This document shows positions 7,614 to 17,062 of a DNA stretch of 64,000 nucleotides, piece after piece. The position numbers and the translations under genes are program-made. The DNA comes from Candidatus Kaiserbacteria bacterium RIFCSPHIGHO2_01_FULL_46_22 (GTDB lineage: Bacteria; Patescibacteriota; Minisyncoccia; Phycocordibacterales; UBA918): positions 86,869 through 150,868 of the forward strand of contig MFKO01000008.1 in the NCBI GenBank assembly GCA_001779595.1, read 5' to 3'. The stretch's first letter is position 1. Each line of letters opens with the position of its first letter. Below the pieces are notes generated by a model, which did not search any database, was not told the origin of the DNA, and saw only the letters and a list, made by a program, of their open reading frames with translations.

Positions 7614-8933
7614 ATGCAAAAAAATAAGTTCATTTTCTACAACCTGCTAGCAAATTCTGCCCTTGCGACTATCACCAACGCTTTTGTCTGGTTCGCTTTG
7701 ACCTTCTGGGCATTTCTCACTACCGAATCCGTACTAGTAACCTCCTTTATTGCAGGTACTTTCGCGGTATTCAATATGCTTTGTGCCTTTCTGTTCGGCA
7801 GCATCGTGGACCGTTATCGCAAACATACAGCCATTATCCTTTCGAACGTATTGTCACTAGTGGCTTACATCATCGGCGCCGGTTTCTTTTTTCTGACACC
7901 TCGGGAGGTGTTTGCCGATCCAAGTTCTCCAGAACTATGGATTTTGATTGTTATCTTGATTGTAGGAAGTGTTGCTGGCAACCTGCGTACTATTGCGCTA
8001 GTGACCTTGGTGCGAGGATTGTTTGAAGAGGACCGAGACAAGGCAAACGGAATGATTGGTGCAATGAATGGACTGAGCTTCTCAGTCACTTCAGTATTGA
8101 GTGGCCTGGCGATTGGTTTTTACGGTATGGATGTCGCCCTCATCTGCGCACTCATCGCCACGGTCGTATCAATGCTCCACCTCTTTACTGTGAAGGTAGA
8201 GGAGCCGATCATTATTCATACTGAGGAAAAACCGAGCCATTTTGATTTTCGTGGCACCTTAGCAGCGATTACTTCGATGCCGGGACTTTTGGCCCTTATC
8301 TTTTTTACTACCTTCAACAATTTCCTCGGTGGAGTATTTATGGCATTGATGGATCCGTACGGTCTATCATTGGTCTCAGTGCAAACTTGGGGAATAATGT
8401 TTGCGTTCTTAAGTCTCGGCTTCATCGCCGGCAGCACTTACATTGCTAAATATGGTCTAGGCTCCCGACCACTGCGTAGATTGTTACTCGTAAACGTAGT
8501 GCTGTGGATCACTTGTATTTTTTTCACCATACAACCATCCATTATTTTGCTTGGTATAGGTATGTTGTTTTGGATGACTTTGGTGCCTTTTATTGAAGCC
8601 ACTGAACATACCGTTATGCAAGCTGTCGTACCGTACGAAAGACTCGGTCGGGTCATCGGCTTTGCACAAAGTGTTGAGTCAGCCGCGACACCAATTACAG
8701 CTTTCATGATCGGGCCGATCGCTCAACTAATTTTTATTCCGTTTATGACCACCGGGGCAGGCGTCGCATTGATAGGAGATTGGTTCGGAACCGGACAAGC
8801 ACGTGGTATTGCTCTGGTTTTCATCATTTCCGGATCAATCGGTTTGATAATGACTTTGTTGGCTTTCCGCTCTAGGTCATACCATCTCTTAAGCGATCAA
8901 TACGCCCTTACTTTGAAAAAAACGTCTGATTAG
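7614..8933 (+). CDS. MFS transporter (DHA3-like)
   Basis: About 12 hydrophobic segments; GSIVDRYRK motif A variant. Confidence 0.88.
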   Translation: MQKNKFIFYNLLANSALATITNAFVWFALTFWAFLTTESVLVTSFIAGTFAVFNMLCAFLFGSIVDRYRKHTAIILSNVLSLVAYIIGAGFFFLTPREVFADPSSPELWILIVILIVGSVAGNLRTIALVTLVRGLFEEDRDKANGMIGAMNGLSFSVTSVLSGLAIGFYGMDVALICALIATVVSMLHLFTVKVEEPIIIHTEEKPSHFDFRGTLAAITSMPGLLALIFFTTFNNFLGGVFMALMDPYGLSLVSVQTWGIMFAFLSLGFIAGSTYIAKYGLGSRPLRRLLLVNVVLWITCIFFTIQPSIILLGIGMLFWMTLVPFIEATEHTVMQAVVPYERLGRVIGFAQSVESAATPITAFMIGPIAQLIFIPFMTTGAGVALIGDWFGTGQARGIALVFIISGSIGLIMTLLAFRSRSYHLLSDQYALTLKKTSD

Positions 8934-9008
8934 GCACTAGTCTAGATTTGACTTTGAGTGACCGCACTGTAATCTGCTACCCCAGAGAACAATCGAAGGG
9001 GTATACAG

Positions 9009-9551
9009 ATGACAGAGGTCATTCTCACCATTGGTCCACAATACGCGGGCAAATCAACGTTCTGTAAAAAAGTTGTCGAGCTCAATCCGGACATTTACTT
9101 CGTAAGCAGGGATGATATCCTCATGGAGCTTTTCGGCACAGTGTGGCTTGGCTCGTACTCTGGTGGTCACCATATCGCTTACGAGATAATGTGGAAAAAA
9201 GCTAAGCGGCTGATCAAAAAGAAACCACGACTGCTAATCCTAGACTGCTGGAACGGTCCGACACGGGAGAGACTATGGATCACAGACCGACTAAAGAAAC
9301 TTGGGATCTCTAATGTTATAGGTTGGTACTTCGTGACTCCGTTCAATCAATGTGTCGAATGGAGTTTAGGGCGTGACCCTCCAAAGCATGAGCGGGAAAA
9401 AGAATGGCGGAAAATCGAGTTCAATCATATTTACAACGACTTCCACCGCCAATCCGTAGAAACAGAAAAAGGATTCCAAAATATCGTCAGGATCAATCCT
9501 TTGATAGATACGCCTGAGCAGATGGTGGAAAGGCTGAAGGTTTTGGTCTGA
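9009..9551 (+). CDS. P-loop kinase (AAA_33 / polynucleotide-kinase-like)
   Basis: Walker A GPQYAGKST, VSRDDI and LILD motifs. Confidence 0.75.
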   Translation: MTEVILTIGPQYAGKSTFCKKVVELNPDIYFVSRDDILMELFGTVWLGSYSGGHHIAYEIMWKKAKRLIKKKPRLLILDCWNGPTRERLWITDRLKKLGISNVIGWYFVTPFNQCVEWSLGRDPPKHEREKEWRKIEFNHIYNDFHRQSVETEKGFQNIVRINPLIDTPEQMVERLKVLV

Positions 9552-9597
9552 AAAAACTCGCGACTGGTGAGCTCGTCAATGACGGGCTCTTTTTTTA

Positions 9598-10683
9598 TCA
9601 GCGGCCTTGACCGTAAATTCTGCGGAGGTTAGCTACGTGCTCTTCATAGGTTGCTGAGCAAAAAAACTCATTGTCGTGATGGAAATAGAAAAGGCAATCG
9701 GTATTGACCGGATTTAAAGCGGCCACCACTGCTTCCAGTGACGGATTAGAGATCGGTGTTGGTGGTAAACCTTTGTTTTTGTAAGTGTTGTAAGGAGAGT
9801 TGATGTACTTATCGGCAGGTATGGGCACGGGCCACCAAGTCGATGTCTCTGGTCGACTGCCTTTGGCATATTGCAAAGTGGCATCAAGCTGAAGCGGCAT
9901 ATTGATGAAAAGACGATTCCAGATGACACCAGAAATCTCGCGCATATCCTCAAAATCGTAAGCTTCTCGTTCTAAAAGGGAAGCAATGATGAGTGCATCA
10001 GCCATAGGAAGGATGTCCTCAGCCCCGCTTTGATAACGATCTACTACCTCACCAGCAAAGCGTTCATTTACCAATTTAGATACCTCCTCTGGCGAAGCTC
10101 CTATACCCACTAAGTAGCGCTCGGGGTAAAATTTTCCCTCTGTTAAAACTGGTTCTTCAGCCGTGACAAGTGCAAGAAACTGAGCCCTTTCGTCCCGACT
10201 CCAGCCTAAAATATCACCGAAGTTTTTTGCCACTTCCTCTTTACGCTCTCCGGGGAAAATGACCAACAAACGACCTCCAGGAATGGCCATTTGATACCAA
10301 GAGGAGTTGGTTAACCGAGCCAAGAATTGTGCAAACCGTCCTTTAGGAATGAGTGACGGGAACTGCCAGCGCAAGCGTCCGGAATTGGCGAGGAAATTAT
10401 CAAGTGACGGATCTTCCTTTATTGTCTTGTTACTAGGATCAACACTGACAGGGAAGGGAGCGACTTTTTCTTCTGGTTCGCTGGCAGGAAAAGACAAGGT
10501 TGCGACCGTATAAACAGTCAACGCGGTAAAGAGGACTACTGTCAGAATTACTGCGCCGTACAAAAAACGTACAGCTAGACGAAATCGAACAGGAAAGACT
10601 GGACGTCTTAGATTGCGGAGCGCTCTGGTGTAGAGAATACGTTGTTGTACTTTGCGCCAAGCACGTTTAAATGAGCGTTTCAT
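9598..10683 (-). CDS. mltG: Endolytic transglycosylase MltG (YceG family)
   Basis: N-terminal TM; IIASLLEREA, NRL..MPLQLDAT, SPYNTY..GLPPTPISNP and LFYFH motifs. Confidence 0.92.
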   Translation of the reverse strand: MKRSFKRAWRKVQQRILYTRALRNLRRPVFPVRFRLAVRFLYGAVILTVVLFTALTVYTVATLSFPASEPEEKVAPFPVSVDPSNKTIKEDPSLDNFLANSGRLRWQFPSLIPKGRFAQFLARLTNSSWYQMAIPGGRLLVIFPGERKEEVAKNFGDILGWSRDERAQFLALVTAEEPVLTEGKFYPERYLVGIGASPEEVSKLVNERFAGEVVDRYQSGAEDILPMADALIIASLLEREAYDFEDMREISGVIWNRLFINMPLQLDATLQYAKGSRPETSTWWPVPIPADKYINSPYNTYKNKGLPPTPISNPSLEAVVAALNPVNTDCLFYFHHDNEFFCSATYEEHVANLRRIYGQGR

Positions 10684-10760
10684 TGATGAATATATTTTAA
10701 CCCACAAACATTTTCAAATGCCTACCAAAACGGCGATTTACGTGTATAGAGGAACTACAC

Positions 10761-10936
10761 TTGAATAAGTGGGCGGGGCGTGCTTTAATGATCAGGCAAA
10801 GCAGTTCTCCTTGGACCACTTTCAGTTCGCGCGAGCGCGGACGGTCGCGAAAGTCAAAAAGAAGGAACAGGTAGAAGAACTTTGTACGGGGTAGTGCTAA
10901 CGCATTACTCCGAGTTACAAAAATAAGCAGAGTAGA
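10761..10936 (+). promoter_or_regulatory. Promoter and long structured 5' UTR of the cold-shock gene
   Basis: TTGAAT-N17-TTTAAT with TG extension; ~140-nt leader with hairpins including cggggtagtgc-taac-gcattactccg (10887-10912). Confidence 0.6.
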
Positions 10937-11134
10937 ATGACTGGAACTATCGCACGTCTAACTGACCGAGGTTTTGGCTTTGTTAAGCCAGATCAAGGAG
11001 ATAAAGACGTATTCTTTCACGCTCGTTCTCTCGTAGACGTCATGTATGACGACCTACGTGAGGGTGAAGCAGTCACTTTTGATGTTGAAGAGGGCCCAAA
11101 GGGTCCTTCAGCCATCAACGTGAAGCGCGCCTAA
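10937..11134 (+). CDS. Cold-shock protein (CSD)
   Basis: RNP1 RGFGFV and RNP2 VFFH; GPKGPSA. Confidence 0.95.
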   Translation: MTGTIARLTDRGFGFVKPDQGDKDVFFHARSLVDVMYDDLREGEAVTFDVEEGPKGPSAINVKRA

Positions 11135-11145
11135 TAAAAGGCCGT

Positions 11146-11186
11146 AAACACTCCGCCCCCGCATTTATGCGGGGGCGGAGTGTTTT
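11146..11186 (+). terminator. Intrinsic terminator after the cold-shock gene
   Basis: 19-bp stem aaacactccgcccccgcat/atgcgggggcggagtgttt. Confidence 0.8.
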
Positions 11187-11232
11187 AAATTTATGATACA
11201 ATGGCCAAGTTGCTAGTATTAAGAACAACTCT

Positions 11233-11958
11233 ATGAACGATGTAGTGAATGAAAACAGCAGTCGCGGTAATAATAAAAGCCTACTGATATTTTTTGTGCT
11301 GCTAGTTTTAGCTGCAGCCGGCATAGGTGCATGGTTTTATTTTGAAAAAGGCCCAGGCAGTCCGATGACGAACTCTGAAAATACAAATAATGAGGTAGTG
11401 GCACGAGTAAATGGGGTAGAAATTGATCGTGAAGCTTACGAACGCAGTCTCGAACAACTACGGGCCGCTTATACAGCTCAAGGAGTTGATGTATCAACCG
11501 CTACTTCTAGCGAGCTTTTGAAAGAACAGGCTGTAGAGGCCTTGGTTAACCGTCAGCTAATAGTAATGGCTGCCGAGGCGAAAGGGCTGACCGTTGAAGC
11601 GGCCGCCATTGATACTGAATACCAGAATGCTATCCAGGGTGCTGGCGGTAGCGAGGCATTCGCTGCAGCACTAGCTGCTTCCAACTTGTCTGAAGAAATG
11701 GTGCGGGCAGATATCGCAAACGGCTTACTGATTCAACAATACCTTTCAACTGAATTGCGTATTAATGAACTAACCGTGACAGATGCGGAAGTAGAGAGTT
11801 ACTACAACACCGTTAAGACCACCAACCCCGAAGTACCGCCTTTGGCTGAGGTCAGCGCGGCGATCCAGTCCCAGTTGCTAACTATGAAACGCGACGAGGC
11901 TGTAAATACCGCCCTACAATCCCTCCGAGCCAACGCCGAAATTGAAGTTTTGATCTAA
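11233..11958 (+). CDS. SurA N-terminal-domain (PrsA-like) membrane-anchored chaperone
   Basis: TM anchor, then VVARVNGVEI...LVNRQLIVMAAEAKGL and the C-terminal LRANAEIEV. No parvulin domain visible. Confidence 0.8.
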   Translation: MNDVVNENSSRGNNKSLLIFFVLLVLAAAGIGAWFYFEKGPGSPMTNSENTNNEVVARVNGVEIDREAYERSLEQLRAAYTAQGVDVSTATSSELLKEQAVEALVNRQLIVMAAEAKGLTVEAAAIDTEYQNAIQGAGGSEAFAAALAASNLSEEMVRADIANGLLIQQYLSTELRINELTVTDAEVESYYNTVKTTNPEVPPLAEVSAAIQSQLLTMKRDEAVNTALQSLRANAEIEVLI

Positions 11959-11964
11959 ATTGCC

Positions 11965-11992
11965 AAAAAAGCGGCCTCGGGCCGCTTTTTTT
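11965..11992 (+). terminator. Intrinsic terminator
   Basis: aaaaaagcggcc-tcg-ggccgctttttt. Confidence 0.75.
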
Positions 11993-12111
11993 GTGCTTAT
12001 TAGACCCATTCGTATAGGGAGTTGAAAAATTTCGAGATTATGCTATAGTGTTACCAACCTTCGCAGGTTATGACTCTGGTCTGCATATCTAGCAGACCCT
12101 TCATTTAAATT

Positions 12112-12378
12112 ATGTTAAGCAAACTTCAGAAACAGCGGGCCCTCAAAGATACTCGACGCCATGATGCTGATACCGGTTCACCGGAAGCACAGGTAAGTAT
12201 TTTGACTAAGCAAATCAACGCATTGTCCACACACCTGCGTCAAAACGCCAAAGACTTCCACTCACGTCGCGGCCTCCTACAGATGGTAGCTGATCGTCGT
12301 AAGCAGTTGCGTTACTTAGAGCGCAAGGACAAGAAGAGCTACGATGCTTTGATCAAAAAACTTGGTCTAAAGAAGTAG
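12112..12378 (+). CDS. rpsO: 30S ribosomal protein S15
   Basis: [13 protein letters not shown]...[18 protein letters not shown]...L.YL motifs. Confidence 0.97.
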   Translation: MLSKLQKQRALKDTRRHDADTGSPEAQVSILTKQINALSTHLRQNAKDFHSRRGLLQMVADRRKQLRYLERKDKKSYDALIKKLGLKK

Positions 12379-12479
12379 ATCGTTTAATTAGAAGGATGCG
12401 GCGGGGCCATAGGCCCCGCCGCTCTGTTATAGTTAACGCGAAGGTTGAATTTTAATAAAAGAACTCATTCAAATTTTAT

Positions 12480-13070
12480 ATGTCAGTTATTAGACATCCT
12501 GAACAACGGGTAGCTATCCTTATTGATACCCAAAACCTTTACCACAGTGCAAAAAATCTTTACCGTTCAAAGGTTAACTTTGGAGCCGTAGTAAAGACCG
12601 CGCTCCAAGACAGAAAGCTCATCCGTGCGCTTTCTTACGTAGTTAATACTGAAAGCGGGGAAGAGACAGCTTTCTTTGAAGCCCTCGAAAAACTTGGTAT
12701 AGAAATTAAGACCAAGGACTTACAGATTTTTTACGGTGGTGCAAAAAAGGCTGACTGGGACGTTGGCCTCGCTATCGACGCCATTAAGTTGGCCCACAAA
12801 GTTGATGCGATCGTGATCGCCAGTGGCGACGGCGACTTCGTACCTTTAGTTGAATACATCAAGTCACAAGGTTGTCAGGTGGAGGTGATCAGTTTTGGTC
12901 GCTCCTCATCTCAAAGACTGCGTGACAGCGTCGATGACTTTATCGATATGGACGAAAAACCAAAAGACTTCCTAATTGGTTACCGTGGTGGGACAAAGCC
13001 ACGCCGAACTGGAAACACTGAATCTGCTCCAGCCATCAAAACCGTTGGCAGCGACACGGACGATTTATAA
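12480..13070 (+). CDS. NYN domain protein (LabA/DUF88 family)
   Basis: ILIDTQNL, KADWDVGLAID and SGDGDFVPLV motifs. Confidence 0.92.
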   Translation: MSVIRHPEQRVAILIDTQNLYHSAKNLYRSKVNFGAVVKTALQDRKLIRALSYVVNTESGEETAFFEALEKLGIEIKTKDLQIFYGGAKKADWDVGLAIDAIKLAHKVDAIVIASGDGDFVPLVEYIKSQGCQVEVISFGRSSSQRLRDSVDDFIDMDEKPKDFLIGYRGGTKPRRTGNTESAPAIKTVGSDTDDL

Positions 13071-13169
13071 TTGTTTTAGGAACGATCAAAAAACGGTGCG
13101 GCCATTGTCCGCACCGTTTTTGTGTATGAACACGAAATCTATTTGCCATCGTATGCGATAATAAGCGAA

Positions 13170-14963
13170 ATGACGGGGGTTGTTTCCAAAATCAAACGGC
13201 TGCGCACTTTTAGCGGCGACGTTATGGACGCGCGGGGTGATTTGTCTGTGCCTGAAGAACCGATGCCGAAAGTGGTACCTGCTGTGAAGGCTCCACCGCT
13301 TATTACCGTTATGCCGCCAGTGACAAAAGTCACTCCACCTCCGCCACCACCTCCACCGAAACCTCTACCGCCGGTTGCTCTTGTTAAAAAGTCAGAGCCA
13401 GTGGTGACAATTGCTACTCCACCCGTCCAATCAGTACCGGTTTCACACAACCTGAACGAAGAATTATCTGCACTCAATAAAGTTACGCCATCTTCAATTC
13501 TTGCGGCGTCTCCTAATCGGATAGACGTTATGGAAGCTGAAAGCAGTGCCAGTGCAGGCAGTATAATCTCTGACCATAAAAACGACCGCTTTAATTTATT
13601 CTCTGCTACTTGGCAAGCGCTCAAGGAGTGGTTCGCTACGGAGCGTGAAGAATTCGAAAAAAAGCAAAGCGAAAAAGCCGCCGCCGTTCCTAAGGTTAGG
13701 CCAGTAGAAAGTCGAAAGGAGGTAGTATTGAAAGCAGCCAGCCAAAGTGCTTTGGCGCCAAAAGATGATTATCGTAAAGTTGTTTCGCAACACACCTCAC
13801 TGCCAGTAGAAAAACGATCTGCTCCTGAGGCTGTAGTGACTATTAAAAGTCGTGCTGCCGTTCCTGCCCCGAGCTGGTCACATTTTGAAGGGGAACCTCC
13901 TGCAGCAGCGACACCATCAGTACCTCCGCCATCACCGACACCGAAGCCGGTTGAACAAAAACCATTTACGCCGCCAGTTGCAGTCGTTATTCCTCCACCG
14001 GTCATTGAAAAACCAGTAGAGGTAGCGGCGGAGACAGTCATTACTCCGATTGAACCGAAACCAGTCGCACCAACACTACCTCCAGCAGAAGTACCTCTGT
14101 CTGCTGCAGTAGAAACTGTTGAAAAACCCGTCAGTGTTCCGTCTTATTCTCCAGAAGTTATTGAGGAGCCAGCTGTCGTACAAACTCAAAATACTGCACG
14201 AGAAGAAATCGCCCCATCACCCCAGGTTGCTACCCAAAAACCAATTCGCTTTGCCTCCGCTAAGCCATCGCCATTCCCAATTATTCGCATCGGCACTATC
14301 GCGGTGATGTCGATCATACTTGGTGTCAGTGCTTCACTGTGGTTATTTGGTGGCGGTAGTGAAGACAACCAAGAGATTGCAGGTCAAGAAGAGACAATCT
14401 CTTTGATCAGTGCCGATCAAAAAGTAGATGTACCGGTAACCAATGATCGTGACGAGTTTTTGGAGCAGATGACAGAAATATCTGTGCCGGTAGAAAATGC
14501 TGTTACTTTGTTGCGGCCGAGAATTGATCTTTCCGGAACAGCCTCTACGCCTCCGACCGCGACAGTGCTTCAGATTTTGAACCTAAGGTTGCCGGGTAGT
14601 TTCACACGTTCAATCGAAACGATTAACTTTGGTCGTTATAACGGACGGTCATTCATAGTTCTTCGCGTTACTTCCTTTGACGCTGGATTTTCTGGACTAT
14701 TGGAGGGCGAGACTTCTTTAATCAACGACCTACAGCCACTCTTCGGCAGTCCAGTTGAGGGCACTTTCGATCCATCCCTTCGAACCGTTGGGGGAGCAGG
14801 CGAACCGTTTTTTGTAGACAGTGCAGTGAAAAATCACGACGTGCGAATTCTGCGTGATGAACTGCAAAAGGAACGTCTGGTATACGGCTTTGTAAACCGC
14901 AACACGGTACTAATAGCGACAGACAGTGCAGTTTTTGCGGCCGCGGCAGACAAGATAAAGTGA
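13170..14963 (+). CDS. Pro-rich bitopic membrane protein of unknown function
   Basis: Long Pro/Val/Ala low-complexity region, one TM (IAVMSIILGVSASLWLF) and a C-terminal globular domain. Start approximate. Confidence 0.75.
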   Translation: MTGVVSKIKRLRTFSGDVMDARGDLSVPEEPMPKVVPAVKAPPLITVMPPVTKVTPPPPPPPPKPLPPVALVKKSEPVVTIATPPVQSVPVSHNLNEELSALNKVTPSSILAASPNRIDVMEAESSASAGSIISDHKNDRFNLFSATWQALKEWFATEREEFEKKQSEKAAAVPKVRPVESRKEVVLKAASQSALAPKDDYRKVVSQHTSLPVEKRSAPEAVVTIKSRAAVPAPSWSHFEGEPPAAATPSVPPPSPTPKPVEQKPFTPPVAVVIPPPVIEKPVEVAAETVITPIEPKPVAPTLPPAEVPLSAAVETVEKPVSVPSYSPEVIEEPAVVQTQNTAREEIAPSPQVATQKPIRFASAKPSPFPIIRIGTIAVMSIILGVSASLWLFGGGSEDNQEIAGQEETISLISADQKVDVPVTNDRDEFLEQMTEISVPVENAVTLLRPRIDLSGTASTPPTATVLQILNLRLPGSFTRSIETINFGRYNGRSFIVLRVTSFDAGFSGLLEGETSLINDLQPLFGSPVEGTFDPSLRTVGGAGEPFFVDSAVKNHDVRILRDELQKERLVYGFVNRNTVLIATDSAVFAAAADKIK

Positions 14964-14975
14964 TACAATTTAATT

Positions 14976-15338
14976 ATGAATACTGAACAATACAAAATCC
15001 GACTGGAGGCTGATTTGTCCGCTTTAAACAATGAGTTACGCTCTCTCGGCATTCACAATCCAGACGTGCCAGAAGATTGGGTCGAAAAAATGAACGACTC
15101 TGACACAGTAAGCGCAGACCCTAATGACGTAGCCGATCGAACAGAAGAGTACGACACACGTCGTGCCGAACTAGCTGCACTTGAAGGACGTTGGAATGAT
15201 GTGCGCGATGCACTGCAAAAGATAGAGGGTGGAAAATACGGTATCTGTGAAGTGTCCGGTGAGCCGATTGAAGAAGATCGACTAGAGGCTAACCCAGCGG
15301 CACGCACCTGCAAGGCACACATGAACGAAATCAATTAA
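14976..15338 (+). CDS. TraR/DksA family protein
   Basis: Coiled coil with DPNDVAD tip; YGICEVSGEPIEEDRLEANPAARTC. Confidence 0.88.
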   Translation: MNTEQYKIRLEADLSALNNELRSLGIHNPDVPEDWVEKMNDSDTVSADPNDVADRTEEYDTRRAELAALEGRWNDVRDALQKIEGGKYGICEVSGEPIEEDRLEANPAARTCKAHMNEIN

Positions 15339-15451
15339 TATCGCGACCTGCTTCGTTAAACCTCGGTAAAATAACTCTCACTAAACGATGAAGTTCACTT
15401 CGAATTATTTTCCTCGCTTGCCTCGCATGTCATCGATCTTAATTAATTTCG
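15326..15451 (+). repeat. 3'-UTR structured repeat, copy A
   Basis: Core cttcgtt..c(c/t)tcgg.aaaat..ctcac...tcg...attttcctcg.t.gcctcg, shared with 18288-18409 and 38015-38137. Confidence 0.7.
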
Positions 15452-15478
15452 ATTAAAACTAAATTTGATTTATTAAGT

Positions 15479-16993
15479 ATGTCGATTGCCCGCATTCACA
15501 CTGCACAACCCGGAGTGCTGCGTGGCGACATTGTCACAATTGAAGCGGACCTCGCGAGAGGTCTGTATTCATTTGCCGTCGTCGGACTAGCCGGCAAAGC
15601 TGTGGAGGAAGCACGCGATCGTGTCAGTGCCGCAATCAAAAACTCTGGTTTCAAAAATCCAAAAAGTGAGAACCAGAAACTTGTCGTCTCCCTTGCGCCA
15701 GCCGATTTAAAGAAAGACGGACCACTCTTTGATTTACCGATCGCGATTGCTTATCTCTTTGCCTCTGGCACGCTAAAAGGCAACGTAGATAAAACTTTAT
15801 TTATTGGTGAGCTGTCATTAGACGGTACTCTTCGACCAGTACGCGGCGTGTTACCCGCCGTGGTGGCCGGTAAAAAAGCTGGTTTCACGGAGATTATAGT
15901 GCCTGAAGGAAATCAGACAGAAGCGGCTTTGGTTGAAGGCATTGTTGTCTATGGAGCAAAAACTCTGAGTGAAGTAATCGATCATATTGACCATAGTCGC
16001 GAGACCCATCAGTTGCTAAAGCCGGCGGAGGAAACAGAGCTATCCGGAGATTGGTTCGACACTCACATTCGTCTTGAAGACATCAAAGGACAAGAGAGTG
16101 CGAAACGTGGTCTCATTATAGCCGCTGCAGGACTACATAATATTTTGATGGCTGGACCACCCGGTACCGGCAAGACTATGTTGGCGCGGGCTTTCCAAGG
16201 ACTGTTGCCGCCGCTTTCACGGGAGGAGGCATTGGAGGTAACTGCCATCCACTCGCTTGTCGATGGTATGCGAGAAATCACTTCGGCACCTCCGTTTCGC
16301 ACACCTCACCACACCGCAAGTTATGTAAGTTTGGTCGGCGGCGGAACTTCACCACGACCAGGAGAAGTAACTCTTGCTCACCGTGGCGTGTTGTTTATGG
16401 ATGAATTTCCTGAATTCGATCGACGAACTCTGGATGCCCTGCGACAACCACTTGAAGATCGTGTCGTAAACATATCCCGCGTGAAGGGAAGTGAATGTTT
16501 TCCTGCAGATTTTGTTTTGGTCGCAGCTATGAATCCGTACCGGGGAACAGAGGACGGTAGCACAGACTACGCCGCATCAATGATGAGCACTTACAAAGGA
16601 AAAATATCTGGGCCGATTCTTGATCGAATTGATCTATGGCTCAATGTACCGCACGTGGACTACGACACTCTAACCAATGTGCAAGAGGTTGGTGATGAAA
16701 CTAAACACGCCAGAGAACAAGTCTTTAAATCCCGCGAACGACAACGAAGGCGTTACAAAGACTGCATCGCCAACGTCAACTCTCGGTTATCCAGTCGCGA
16801 ACTCGAAGCTATGGTCCAGCTATCGAAGGAAATCAAAGAGACCCTCCGTCAGTCAGCGGCCAAACTCAACTTATCCCCGCGCTCGCTTCATCGCCTTATT
16901 AAAGTCTCACGCACTATTGCTGACCTAGAGGACTCTGATGAAATACTCACTCCGCACCTGCTTGAAGCGTTACAGTATCGCGTCAAACTTTAA
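15479..16993 (+). CDS. comM: YifB/ComM family Mg-chelatase-like AAA+ ATPase
   Basis: VVGLAGKAVEEARDRV, LAPADLKKDG, GPPGTGKT, PFRTPHH and LFMDEFPEF motifs. Confidence 0.93.
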   Translation: MSIARIHTAQPGVLRGDIVTIEADLARGLYSFAVVGLAGKAVEEARDRVSAAIKNSGFKNPKSENQKLVVSLAPADLKKDGPLFDLPIAIAYLFASGTLKGNVDKTLFIGELSLDGTLRPVRGVLPAVVAGKKAGFTEIIVPEGNQTEAALVEGIVVYGAKTLSEVIDHIDHSRETHQLLKPAEETELSGDWFDTHIRLEDIKGQESAKRGLIIAAAGLHNILMAGPPGTGKTMLARAFQGLLPPLSREEALEVTAIHSLVDGMREITSAPPFRTPHHTASYVSLVGGGTSPRPGEVTLAHRGVLFMDEFPEFDRRTLDALRQPLEDRVVNISRVKGSECFPADFVLVAAMNPYRGTEDGSTDYAASMMSTYKGKISGPILDRIDLWLNVPHVDYDTLTNVQEVGDETKHAREQVFKSRERQRRRYKDCIANVNSRLSSRELEAMVQLSKEIKETLRQSAAKLNLSPRSLHRLIKVSRTIADLEDSDEILTPHLLEALQYRVKL

Positions 16994-17062
16994 CCATGCG
17001 AACAGTTATCTTTAGAGTTTTCTCAATTCGTCCGGATGCCACCAGGTGTTAATATTTCTCAT

